In this document: positions 40,855 through 49,878 of the stretch, piece after piece
How the letters are laid out: each line of letters starts with the position of its first letter
How positions within the stretch are numbered: position 1 is the stretch's first letter
From: Rhodanobacter sp.
GTDB lineage: Bacteria; Pseudomonadota; Gammaproteobacteria; Xanthomonadales; Rhodanobacteraceae
Reading direction: 5' to 3'
Assembly (NCBI GenBank): GCA_022730295.1
Contig: DZCM01000001.1
Span: forward strand, 1,168 to 65,167
Length of the DNA: 64,000 bases
Made by a program: the position numbers and the translations under genes
The notes under the pieces: model-generated
The model's database searches: none
The model's input: only the letters and a program-made list of their open reading frames with translations
Told to the model about the DNA's origin: nothing

Positions 40855-41280
40855 TCATCCCAATATGCGCATTCCGCGCACGTTTTCGAAGTCGCGGTCG
40901 TGCGTCACCAACGCGTCGGCATTGATCGACAAGGCACTGGCAAGCTGGATGGCATCGGGCAGTTTCAGCCGGCAGGCCGCGCGCAAGCGCGCCGCGCCCT
41001 CGGCAATGTCGCTGTCGAAGTTGACCACCTGCCACGTTTCCAGCACCTTGCGATAGCGCCGCGCCAGCGCTTCCTCACCCGCTGCGAGCGGGCCGGTCAA
41101 GACCTCGGCAAGCGTGACCGTGGTCACCGCCAGCGCGATTTCGCCCGCGGCGTGCCGCTCGAACAGCGGCATGAATCGCCGCGCCAACTTCGCGTGCGCT
41201 TCCAGCACGTAGATGATCGGGGCGCTGTCAACCAGCAGCAGCGCGCCGGCCGGCAACGCGGCCGCGTCTAGCGCTTCCAT
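40855..41280 (-). CDS. vapC: PIN-domain toxin VapC
   Basis: ATG 41280. N-terminal LLVDSAPIIY (catalytic Asp) and C-terminal LVTHDRDF. Overlaps the antitoxin gene by 13 bp. Confidence 0.8.
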   Translation of the reverse strand: MEALDAAALPAGALLLVDSAPIIYVLEAHAKLARRFMPLFERHAAGEIALAVTTVTLAEVLTGPLAAGEEALARRYRKVLETWQVVNFDSDIAEGAARLRAACRLKLPDAIQLASALSINADALVTHDRDFENVRGMRILG

Positions 41281-41522
41281 TCGTCGCGCAGGCGGGCAAT
41301 GGTTTGTGCGCTGCCGCGCCCCCACAGACCGCGACCGCTGCCAGCCAACGCCGTCAGCGGGATGGGTTGTGCCGACTTTGCCAGCGCCGGCGGCACCACG
41401 GCCGCCACCGCGCGGCCGTGGCGCGTGATCACAGTGCTTTGCCCCGCGGCGGCGGCGGTGAGGATCGCCGGCAAATGCTGGCGGGCTTCCTCGACGCCTT
41501 TGTGTTGGTAGGTGCGTTCCAT
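41268..41522 (-). CDS. Phd/YefM-type antitoxin
   Basis: 84 aa. VEEARQHLPAILTAAAAGQSTVITRHGRAVAAVV is the typical Phd/YefM N-terminal fold sequence. Confidence 0.75.
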   Translation of the reverse strand: MERTYQHKGVEEARQHLPAILTAAAAGQSTVITRHGRAVAAVVPPALAKSAQPIPLTALAGSGRGLWGRGSAQTIARLRDEWKR

Positions 41523-41553
41523 GGGCGTACTGTACAGTTCGTACAGATTGGAG

Positions 41554-43719
41554 TCAAGGCCCAGTGGATGCCGCAGCGCCGGCAGTCGGGATCGGATAGA
41601 TCACCGCGGGTTTGTACTTCGCGTATTTTTCGAGCAGCGCCTGAAAGCCCGGGTCGTGGCGGATCGGGTCCCAGACCGGATCCAGCCACAGCAGCACGGG
41701 CGAATAGTTGACGCCAATGCCGGGGCTGGCCAGTGCTTTGGCCAGTAAAGGCACGGCAAGATCAGGACGCCGGGCCTCGGCAAAGAGGCCGGCGTTGAAT
41801 TCCGCAAAACCGGCGCGCACGGCCGGATCGGGTGCGACGTTCGCCGCCTGCGCGCGGGCGATGGCCGCCAGGCCCTCTTTCGTCTGGCCGAGTCCGAGTT
41901 CGGCGTCGGCGATACCCTCCCAGACTCCCGCGAGATAGCCGTTCTGCGCCTGCTCCGACTTCGCCAATTGCGCGCGCAACGCGGCCAGCGCCTGCCGGTA
42001 TAAGGGTTGCGCCTTGGCGGTCTCGCCCAGCAGCCGGTACAGATCGGCCTGCTGCAGCGCCTTGGAATTGCCGAAGGCAAGGATGAAGTTGTCCGGGGTG
42101 TCCGGGATGGCATTGAGCTGCGCCAGCGCCTCGGCGTACTTGCGCTGGTAGGCGAGAAGCGTCACGCGCAGTGTTTGCATCGCCGGCTCGTCGCCCTCGG
42201 CCGCCTGCAGCGCCCGCGCGACATCGCCGCTGCCATAGAGGATCGCCAGGGGGTAGCTGGACTTGGCGGCGACGTTGTGGGGATCGATCGCCAAGGCGCG
42301 CTGCCACCAGTCTTCCGCCTCGGGATAACGGCTGACCATCATGGACGTCGCGCCGATTTCAAAAGCCAACGCGCTGTTGCGCGGATCGAGCGCGAAGGCT
42401 TTCTGCAGTGTCGCCAGCGCGGCGTCATAGCGGGTCTGCTTGCGCTGGCCGTAGCCGATCGCGGTGAGCGCGGCACTGTCGTTGGGACGCAGGGCCAGCG
42501 CTGCGCCGAAGGTCTTGAGCGCGGCCGCGAAATCGCCCTTGCCGTAGTAATCGCAGTAGCCGAGTGCGAGCAGGGTGGCCACGCTGTGCGGGGCGAGCCT
42601 TTGCGCGGCCTCGGCATCGGCGCGCGCCTGCCGGGTGAGGGCGGCAACGTCCTCGCCGCTGAGATAGGCCAGCTTGCTTTCCACGTAGGACAGTCGCGCA
42701 TAGGCCAAGGCGAAGCCGGGGTCTTTGGCGATCGCCTGCCGATACAGGGGGATCGCGGCCCGCCAGCCGCTGAAGTCGTTGGTGGAGTAGTTGGCGTTGG
42801 ACAGTTTGGCTTGATACTCGGCGCGCAGGAACAGATCCATCGCCGCCTGATTGGCGCTGGGCGCCTTGGCCAGTTGCTCGACTTGAGCGGGCGAGAGTTT
42901 GGCGTTGAGGGAGCCTGCGATTTGCGTCGCCACCTCGCCCTCGACGCCGAACACGTCGGTGAGCGTGCGGGTATAACTCCTGGCCCACAGGTGGCTGTCG
43001 CTGGCCGCGTCGATCAACTGCACGTTGATCAGCACCTCGTTGCCCTGCTTCTGCACCGAACCTTCCAGCAAGGTGGCCACGCCCAGTTGCGCGCCGACAA
43101 CTTTCAGGTTTTGCGGATGGCTGCCGTAGCCTTGCGTCGAGGTGCGCGAGATGACCTTCAAGTCGCCGATGTCGGCGAGCTTGGTCAGGATCAGGTCCTG
43201 CATGCCGGCCACGAAGTATTCGTTGTTCTTGTCGTTCGAGAGATTCTCGAACGGCAACACCGCGATGGATTTGGCGGGGACGGCGGCCGCGGTTGCAGCA
43301 GGCGACCTGGTCGTGGCCGTGCTGGCCGGGGCTGTGCCGGCTGCGCCGCGCATGCCCTTGTGCCAGATGAGCTGATTGCCCAGCAGCAGGATTACCGCCA
43401 CGGCCAGCACCGCGATGATGGCGAAATCCAGCCGACGGCCGGTGCGACGGGCAGTGGAATCATCGGCTGCGATTTCGCTTTCGCGCTTGATGCCCTGCGG
43501 TGTCACCTCGAACACCCACGCAAACACCAGCCAGAACGGAAAGCCGACCGCCGCCGCGATCAGGAACGCGCGCGTGGCCCAGTCGGGCAGGCCGAGCGCA
43601 GGGCTGAACTGCGAAAAGCCCTGGCCGAACGCCCACACCGCACCCGCATACAACACCGCCGCGCGCAACACGTTGCGGCGTTGCAGTTCAGCGAAGAAGC
43701 TGGGCTTGTTGGTTGCCAC
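41554..43719 (-). CDS. Membrane-anchored TPR protein with a FlgO/TolB-N-like domain
   Basis: GTG start at 43719. N-terminal FFAELQRRNVLRAAVLYAGAVW membrane module, then SIAVLPFENLSNDKNNEYFVAGMQDL, then multiple TPRs. Confidence 0.7.
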   Translation of the reverse strand: MATNKPSFFAELQRRNVLRAAVLYAGAVWAFGQGFSQFSPALGLPDWATRAFLIAAAVGFPFWLVFAWVFEVTPQGIKRESEIAADDSTARRTGRRLDFAIIAVLAVAVILLLGNQLIWHKGMRGAAGTAPASTATTRSPAATAAAVPAKSIAVLPFENLSNDKNNEYFVAGMQDLILTKLADIGDLKVISRTSTQGYGSHPQNLKVVGAQLGVATLLEGSVQKQGNEVLINVQLIDAASDSHLWARSYTRTLTDVFGVEGEVATQIAGSLNAKLSPAQVEQLAKAPSANQAAMDLFLRAEYQAKLSNANYSTNDFSGWRAAIPLYRQAIAKDPGFALAYARLSYVESKLAYLSGEDVAALTRQARADAEAAQRLAPHSVATLLALGYCDYYGKGDFAAALKTFGAALALRPNDSAALTAIGYGQRKQTRYDAALATLQKAFALDPRNSALAFEIGATSMMVSRYPEAEDWWQRALAIDPHNVAAKSSYPLAILYGSGDVARALQAAEGDEPAMQTLRVTLLAYQRKYAEALAQLNAIPDTPDNFILAFGNSKALQQADLYRLLGETAKAQPLYRQALAALRAQLAKSEQAQNGYLAGVWEGIADAELGLGQTKEGLAAIARAQAANVAPDPAVRAGFAEFNAGLFAEARRPDLAVPLLAKALASPGIGVNYSPVLLWLDPVWDPIRHDPGFQALLEKYAKYKPAVIYPIPTAGAAASTGP

Positions 43720-43818
43720 GCGTCAAGGATTCCCCTCCGGCGACAGGCCGGTTCCGGTCCCGCGAGTGTATCGTCAACCGGCGCCGCGCCGCAGGCTCGC
43801 CCGGGGTGCGGCCCGCGC

Positions 43819-44574
43819 CTACGAATCTCGTGCTACCTGCAAGCCCGCCGCCGACTGGCTGACGGGCATCATTTCCAGGCGGGTGACGTCGAGGTGCGGT
43901 GGCAGGTTGGCGAGCCACCAAGTGGTGTCGGCGATGTCTTGCGCGGTGATGGGATGCGCACCCGCATACACCTTGTCCGACGCGGCCTGATCGCCGCCGG
44001 TGCGCACCAAGGTGAACTCGGTTTCGGCCATGCCGGGTTCGATGTTGGTCACGCGCACGCCGGTGCCATGCAGGTCCACGCGCAGGTTGGCGGAAAACTG
44101 GGTAACGAACGCCTTGGTACCGCCGTACACGTTGCCGCCGGTGTAGGGGTGGGTGCCCGAGATCGAACTGATGTTGACGATCGCACCGCGACGTTCGATG
44201 AGTTGCGGAAGCAGCAGGCGGGTCAGGGTAACCAGTGCGGTGACATTGGTGTCGATCATTTGCCGCCATTGCGCGAGGTCTGCGTGCTGGGCTTTCGCCG
44301 TGCCCGAGGCGAGGCCGGCGTTGTTGACCAGCAGGTCGATGGCGCGGAAGGTTTCCGGCAACGCGGCGAGTGCGGCGCGCATGGCGGCTTCGTCGCGGAT
44401 GTCGAAGACGCAGGCGTGTACGCGTTCGGCACCAAAACGCTCAACCAGTTGCGCAAGCCGGTCAGCGCGGCGCGCACAGGCCACCACACGCCAGCCGTTT
44501 TCAGCGAATTTCGCCGCGATCGCGGCACCGAAACCGGCTGAGGCGCCGGTGACGAGCAGGGTTTTGGTAGTCAT
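43819..44574 (-). CDS. SDR-family NADP-dependent oxidoreductase (YdfG-like)
   Basis: TGASAGFG cofactor motif and the YGGTKAF catalytic YxxxK. 251 aa. Confidence 0.85.
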   Translation of the reverse strand: MTTKTLLVTGASAGFGAAIAAKFAENGWRVVACARRADRLAQLVERFGAERVHACVFDIRDEAAMRAALAALPETFRAIDLLVNNAGLASGTAKAQHADLAQWRQMIDTNVTALVTLTRLLLPQLIERRGAIVNISSISGTHPYTGGNVYGGTKAFVTQFSANLRVDLHGTGVRVTNIEPGMAETEFTLVRTGGDQAASDKVYAGAHPITAQDIADTTWWLANLPPHLDVTRLEMMPVSQSAAGLQVARDS

Positions 44575-44698
44575 TCGGTTATTGTAACGACGCCGGGCAA
44601 CGGCATCCCCCGGCGCTGCACGCCGACGCCCTGCCTGCGGAAGCGGGTGACACCAACACTTCGTCGATCAGCGCGACCGGTCGCGGCTTCCGCCGTTC

Positions 44699-45355
44699 CT
44701 ACTTTTCTTTCAGGGGAACTGAATGGATGCCCGCGGCGGTCAACCGCTGCTGGACATCCTGCAACTGGGTCGCGGAAGCAAACGGACCCAACCGCACGCG
44801 GTTCCAGACCTGGCCGTCCAGCGTCACCGTTTGCACCTGCGCGGTGAAACCCTGCAAGGCAAGCTTGGCCTTCATCGCGTCGGCGTCGCCGGCATTCGGG
44901 AAGGCGCCAACCTGCAACACATACCCGCCCACGGAAGTCGCCGCGCTGGCGCTGGCGGGCGCGGTGGTGCTGGTGTTGTTCGCTGCAGCCGCCTTCTGCT
45001 GCTCGGCCTTGGCCATCGCGGACAATTCCGCATTGGGAATCACGACTTCTTTCTCGGGTAGAACCTTGTAGAAGTCGAACTTCGAGGCGCTCGCTGCGCT
45101 GCTGCTCGCGGCGATTCCCGCCGCGCTGCCTTGCTCGGCTACCGCGTTGGGATTGGCCTGCGGCTGGTCGTTGCGTTGCACGCTGGGGATCCAGCCGCGA
45201 TGCGCCGCGAACAAAACCAGCGCTCCACCGATCGCGATGCCGATGAGGATGAGTCCCCACCACGGCACACCCGAACCGCCGTTGCGTACCGCCTGTCTGC
45301 CGCCGCGTTGTGTTGCCACTGCATGTCCTCGTGATCGGATGCGCGTGCGACCCAC
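44699..45355 (-). CDS. SPOR-domain cell-division-associated protein
   Basis: One TM helix (WWGLILIGIAIGGALVLF), a low-complexity linker, and a C-terminal SPOR domain (YVLQVGAFPNAGDADAMKAKL...RVRLGPF). Start is GTG at 45355 and is uncertain. Confidence 0.75.
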   Translation of the reverse strand: MGRTRIRSRGHAVATQRGGRQAVRNGGSGVPWWGLILIGIAIGGALVLFAAHRGWIPSVQRNDQPQANPNAVAEQGSAAGIAASSSAASASKFDFYKVLPEKEVVIPNAELSAMAKAEQQKAAAANNTSTTAPASASAATSVGGYVLQVGAFPNAGDADAMKAKLALQGFTAQVQTVTLDGQVWNRVRLGPFASATQLQDVQQRLTAAGIHSVPLKEK

Positions 45356-45395
45356 GCACGGATCGCATCATCAAAACATCACACAGCTGCTTCAG

Positions 45396-47078
45396 TCACA
45401 TCGATTCCGGTGCCGATACGCCGAGCAAGCCCAGGCCATTGGCCAGCACCTGCCGCGTCGCATAGGCCAACGCCACGCGCGCGTTGCGCAGGTCCTCATC
45501 GTCGACCAGGAACTGCTCGGCGTTGTACCAGACGTGGAAGGCACCCGCCAGTTCACGCAGGTATTGTGCCAGCAGATGCGGTTCCTGGTTGGCCGCCGCG
45601 TTCTCGACGATTTCGGGAAAGCGCGAGACCTCGAACATCACCGCGCGCGCCGGTTCGCTATCCAGACGGCCGAGGTGCTTGAGCGCGTGCGTCTGCTCGA
45701 ACACGATCGCGCGCTCATGCATCTGGCGCGTAACGCTGCATACCCGCGCATGCGCGTACTGGATGTAATAGACCGGGTTGTCGTTGGTCTGCGAACGCGC
45801 CAGATCGATGTCGAACACCAGTTGCGAGTCGCCCTTGCGCGCAATCAGGAAGTAACGCGTGGCATCGAGACCTGCCATGTCGATGAGGTCGCGCAGGGTG
45901 ACGTAGCTGCCCGCGCGCTTGGAAATCTTCACTTCCTCGCCACCGCGCATGACCGTCACCATCTGGTACAGCACGTAATCCGGCCAGTTGCATGGAATGC
46001 CGATGGCGAGAGCCTGCAACCCGGCGCGCACGCGCGTCAGCGAACCGTGATGGTCGGCCCCGAGCACGGTGGCTGCGTGTTTGTAACCCCGCTCCCACTT
46101 CGACAAGTGATAGGCGACGTCGGGCACGAAATATGTGTACGTGCCGTCGGATTTCCGCATCACGCGGTCCTTGTCGTCGCCGAAGCCGGTGCTGCGCAGC
46201 CACAGCGCGCCCGCGGCTTCGTAGGAATGGCCTTCGGCAGCGATCCGCTCGACCACCTGCAGCACCTTGCCATCGACATACAGCGATGATTCGAGAAAGT
46301 ACACGTCGAAGCCCACGCCGAACGCGCGCAGATCCGCGTCCTGTTCGCGCCGCAACCATGCCACGGAGAACTCGCGGATGGCGTCGAGATCGTCGGGGTC
46401 CGCCGCGGACGTCACGCGGCCCTTGTCCACCTCCACGCTTGCGCCAGCAAGGTAGTCGCGCGCGACGTCGCGGATGTATTCACCGCGATACCCTGCGGCC
46501 GGCCAGCGCGGATCTTCCGGGTCGATGCCGCGGATGCGCGCCTGTACCGATAGTGCAAGATTGGCGATTTGCGCGCCGGCATCGTTGTAGTAGTACTCGC
46601 GGTACACCTTCCATCCGGTCGCGGAATACAGGCGCGCAAGCGTGTCGCCGATCGCGGCGTTGCGCGCGTGCCCAACATGCAGCGGCCCGGTCGGATTGGC
46701 GGACACGAATTCGATGCCAATGGCACGGCCGTCGCCGCTGTTGCTGTGGCCGTAGTGCGCACCCTCGTGCAGCACGCGGCGGATTTCCTCGTGCCACGCG
46801 GTATCGCTCAGGAACACGTTGATGAAACCCGGTCCCGCGATTTCGACCTTGCTGACCCAGGGACTCGCCGGCAGTACGCCGACGATCGCCATGGCGATGT
46901 CGCGCGGTTTCTTGCCGACGGCTTTCACCAGCAGCATGGCCGCGTTGCAAGCGAAGTCACCGTGTTCGCGCGAACGGGTGCGCTCGATCACGAATGCGGG
47001 CGGCGGAGCGTCAAGGATGCCGTCGCGGCGCAGTTGCTCAAGCGCACGCGAAAACAGTTCGTGGAGGAGGTCTTTCAA
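45396..47078 (-). CDS. argS: Arginine--tRNA ligase
   Basis: 560 aa. HIGH-type motif [12 protein letters not shown] and the KMSK-region equivalent ISKRAGS. The start codon at 47078 is TTG. Confidence 0.95.
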   Translation of the reverse strand: MKDLLHELFSRALEQLRRDGILDAPPPAFVIERTRSREHGDFACNAAMLLVKAVGKKPRDIAMAIVGVLPASPWVSKVEIAGPGFINVFLSDTAWHEEIRRVLHEGAHYGHSNSGDGRAIGIEFVSANPTGPLHVGHARNAAIGDTLARLYSATGWKVYREYYYNDAGAQIANLALSVQARIRGIDPEDPRWPAAGYRGEYIRDVARDYLAGASVEVDKGRVTSAADPDDLDAIREFSVAWLRREQDADLRAFGVGFDVYFLESSLYVDGKVLQVVERIAAEGHSYEAAGALWLRSTGFGDDKDRVMRKSDGTYTYFVPDVAYHLSKWERGYKHAATVLGADHHGSLTRVRAGLQALAIGIPCNWPDYVLYQMVTVMRGGEEVKISKRAGSYVTLRDLIDMAGLDATRYFLIARKGDSQLVFDIDLARSQTNDNPVYYIQYAHARVCSVTRQMHERAIVFEQTHALKHLGRLDSEPARAVMFEVSRFPEIVENAAANQEPHLLAQYLRELAGAFHVWYNAEQFLVDDEDLRNARVALAYATRQVLANGLGLLGVSAPESM

Positions 47079-47146
47079 GGGGATCGGTGCGCGGAATGTG
47101 GCCTGTCATCGTAACGCAGCGATCACTCCACACCAACCGTCGACTC

Positions 47147-47319
47147 TGTGGATAACTTGGTGGATAGTGCGATCAGGCAGCGCCTGACGAACCCAATCTG
47201 TGCGCCATTTCACAACGAGTCATACAAAAAACATTAGTAATTTCAATATGTAATGCACGCTTTACGGAATCAACACCAAAAAACATTCCCAAATGCCCGT
47301 GATTCCGCAATGTGAATAA
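47147..47319 (+). promoter_or_regulatory. Three same-orientation DnaA-box-like 9-mers in the AT-rich argS upstream spacer
   Basis: TGTGGATAA (47147-47155, 9/9 to the complement of TTATCCACA), GGTGGATAG (47159-47167, 7/9) and TGTGAATAA (47311-47319, 8/9). Confidence 0.4.
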
Positions 47320-47391
47320 CTGATTTCCCGCAAAACCGGGGATGTCAACCGTTCTGGCAGTCGATCACGGAACTGCAGCATGTCGCGTGGT

Positions 47392-48057
47392 TCAAATCAG
47401 CCCGCGCGCCGCCATCGAGGTCGGCTCGCCGGCACCGACCACCAGATGATCCAGCACCCGCACGCCGACCAGCTGCAGGGCGTCGCGCAATTGGTGCGTG
47501 ATGTTGCGGTCGGCCGCCGAGGGTTCGGCCACGCCCGAGGGATGGTTGTGGGCGAGGATCACCGCCGCCGCATTGTGCTTGAGCGACGCCCGCACCACTT
47601 CGCGCGGGTGCACGGAAGCGCCATCGAGTGTACCGCGAAACAGTTCCTCGAAAGCCAGCACCCGGTGGCGGTTGTCGAGGAACAGGCAGGCGAACACTTC
47701 ATAGGGCTTGTGTGCGAGCTGCGCCTTCAGGAAGGCGGCGCTGTCGCGCGGGTTGGTCAGGGCCGGGCGCGCCGCCAGTTCCTCGCCAAGGCAACGCCGC
47801 GCCAGTTCCAGCGCGGCCACGAGGCGCGCACGCTTGGCTGGCCCCAGCCCGCGCACATCGGCAAGATCGCTCGCCAGCAGCGCAGCCACGCCGCCGGCTC
47901 GCACCAGCAAATCGCGGCCCATGTCCACCGCGCTGTGGCCGCGGATGCCGCTGCCCAGCAGGATCGCCACCAATTCCGCGGCGGTCAATGCGGCCGCACC
48001 GCGCGCCAGCAGTTTTTCGCGGGGGCGTTCGTCCGCCGGCCATTCCTTGATGCTCAT
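47392..48057 (-). CDS. radC: RadC-family JAB-domain protein
   Basis: ATG 48057 ([17 protein letters not shown]). JAMM motif HNHPSG...PSAAD. Divergent from coaBC, as in other gammaproteobacteria. Confidence 0.9.
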   Translation of the reverse strand: MSIKEWPADERPREKLLARGAAALTAAELVAILLGSGIRGHSAVDMGRDLLVRAGGVAALLASDLADVRGLGPAKRARLVAALELARRCLGEELAARPALTNPRDSAAFLKAQLAHKPYEVFACLFLDNRHRVLAFEELFRGTLDGASVHPREVVRASLKHNAAAVILAHNHPSGVAEPSAADRNITHQLRDALQLVGVRVLDHLVVGAGEPTSMAARGLI

Positions 48058-48189
48058 GCGTGTTCCATCAATGCGTGCCTTCGGCGCGGGCGATGACAAA
48101 TGATCGCGAAATCCAGGGGTTCGACCAAGCAGGATGGAGGGTGGAATCCGGTAAGCTAACCGCTGCTTTTCCTGTCAGCGGATGCCGAC

Positions 48190-48750
48190 ATGGGTACCAG
48201 GGAAAACCGGCACGTCCTTCTCGGCGTCTCGGGCGGGATCGCGGCCTACAAGGCCTGCGAGGTGGTGCGGCGCCTGCGTGACGCAGGTGCCGAGGTGCGC
48301 GTGGTGTTGACCACCAACGCGGAACGTTTCGTCACTGCGCTGACATTCCAGGCGCTGTCGGGGCAAGCTGTGCGCCATGGCTTGTGGGATGCCGACGCGG
48401 AACTCGGCATGGGACATCTTGAACTGGCGCGTTGGGCCGACGCGATCTTGATTGCACCGGCTTCGGCCGACACGCTGGCCAAGCTTGCGCATGGTTTCGC
48501 CGACGACCTGCTTTCCACCTTGTGCCTGGCGACGACTGCGCCGATTGCGGTGGCGCCCGCCATGAATCACCGGATGTGGCTCAATCCTGCAACGCAGGCC
48601 AATGTTGCCACCTTGCGCACACGCGGAGTCGCGATCCTGGGGCCAGCCAACGGTTCGCTCGCCGAAGGTGAGTCCGGCCCAGGCCGGATGCTGGAGGCAC
48701 AGCAACTGGTGCAGGCCTTGATGACGCCGGGCGGCACGCATGTCGCGTGA
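48190..48750 (+). CDS. coaC: Phosphopantothenoylcysteine decarboxylase (CoaC half of CoaBC), ending at a premature in-frame stop
   Basis: 186 aa. Flavoprotein motifs [12 protein letters not shown] and PAMN. Ends [22 protein letters not shown], where fused CoaBC proteins continue into the CoaB domain. Confidence 0.8.
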   Translation: MGTRENRHVLLGVSGGIAAYKACEVVRRLRDAGAEVRVVLTTNAERFVTALTFQALSGQAVRHGLWDADAELGMGHLELARWADAILIAPASADTLAKLAHGFADDLLSTLCLATTAPIAVAPAMNHRMWLNPATQANVATLRTRGVAILGPANGSLAEGESGPGRMLEAQQLVQALMTPGGTHVA

Positions 48751-49414
48751 CGGCTTGCTCGCCGGCCTCAAGGTGGTGATCGACGCCGGTCCAACCTGCG
48801 AGGACATCGACCCGGTGCGATTCCTCGGCAACCGCAGCTCGGGCAAGATGGGTTTCGCGATTGCCGCCGCCGCGGGCGCCGCGGGCGCCGAGGTAACCCT
48901 GGTCGCAGGCCCGGTCGCGCTGGCGACACCCGCGGGCGTTGCCCGCCGCATCGACGTGCGCAGCGCGCTGCAGATGCGCGATGCGGTGTTCAGCGTCATC
49001 GACGCCGCCGACATTTTCATCGCCACCGCCGCGGTCGCCGACTGGCGAGTCGCGAGCTATTCCGAGCGCAAGATCAAGAAGGAACCCTCCGGCACGCCGA
49101 TACTGGAGCTCGTCGAGAATCCCGACATCCTCGCCGAAGTGGCCGCGCGCTCGCCGCGCCCGTTCGTGGTTGGTTTCGCTGCCGAGACCGACCACGTGCT
49201 GGAAAATGGCCGCAAGAAACTGGCGCGCAAAAAGCTCGACATGCTGGCCGCCAACCACGTCGACGCGACCAGCGGCATCGGTGCCGACGACAATGCGCTT
49301 GAGGTGCTCTGGGCGGACGGTGGCGTGAGCCTGCCACGCGCACCGAAGCCGGATTTGGCCAAAGCCCTGGTCGCGTGCATCGCGGCCCGCTATCGCGCAA
49401 GGATGCATGCATGA
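48740..49414 (+). CDS. coaB: Phosphopantothenate--cysteine ligase (CoaB half of CoaBC), in the +1 frame relative to the coaC half
   Basis: 224 aa. [27 protein letters not shown] and AAVADW motifs. Overlaps the coaC half by 11 nt. A stop in this frame lies at 48722-48724. Confidence 0.8.
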   Translation: MSRDGLLAGLKVVIDAGPTCEDIDPVRFLGNRSSGKMGFAIAAAAGAAGAEVTLVAGPVALATPAGVARRIDVRSALQMRDAVFSVIDAADIFIATAAVADWRVASYSERKIKKEPSGTPILELVENPDILAEVAARSPRPFVVGFAAETDHVLENGRKKLARKKLDMLAANHVDATSGIGADDNALEVLWADGGVSLPRAPKPDLAKALVACIAARYRARMHA

Positions 49415-49878
49415 ACGCACATACCGCCGGCGTCGAATTGAAAGTGCTCGACCCGCGCCTCGGCGTGAGCATTCCCTTGCCTGCTTACGCCACCGGCGGC
49501 AGCGCCGCGATGGACCTGCGCGCCGCGCCGGAAGCGACGTTGGCGCTCGCGCCAAACGCCAGCGCCTTGATTCCGACTGGACTCGCGATCCACCTCGCCG
49601 ATCCCGGCTGGTGCGCGCTGATCCTGCCGCGCTCGGGGCTGGGACACAAACACGGCATCGTGCTCGGCAACCTCACCGGCCTGATCGACGCCGACTATCA
49701 GGGCCCATTGATGATTTCCTGCTGGAACCGCGGCAGTGAGCCATTTACCATCCAGCCAGGCGATCGCATCGCACAGTTGCTGGTGATGCCAGTGGCGCGC
49801 GTACAGTGGCGCGTGGTCGACGCGTTCGCGACGAGCGAGCGCGGCGCAGGGGGATTCGGCTCGACCGGGGTCGCGTGA
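49411..49878 (+). CDS. dut: dUTP diphosphatase
   Basis: ATG 49411 overlaps the coaB stop (ATGA). [30 protein letters not shown] and [11 protein letters not shown] motifs. Confidence 0.95.
   Translation: MNAHTAGVELKVLDPRLGVSIPLPAYATGGSAAMDLRAAPEATLALAPNASALIPTGLAIHLADPGWCALILPRSGLGHKHGIVLGNLTGLIDADYQGPLMISCWNRGSEPFTIQPGDRIAQLLVMPVARVQWRVVDAFATSERGAGGFGSTGVA

Noticed and set aside
47392-48057. RadC as a marker of a mobile element or defence island.
   Set aside because: Here radC sits in the canonical, conserved radC / coaBC-dut arrangement known from E. coli and relatives, with no adjacent mobility genes.
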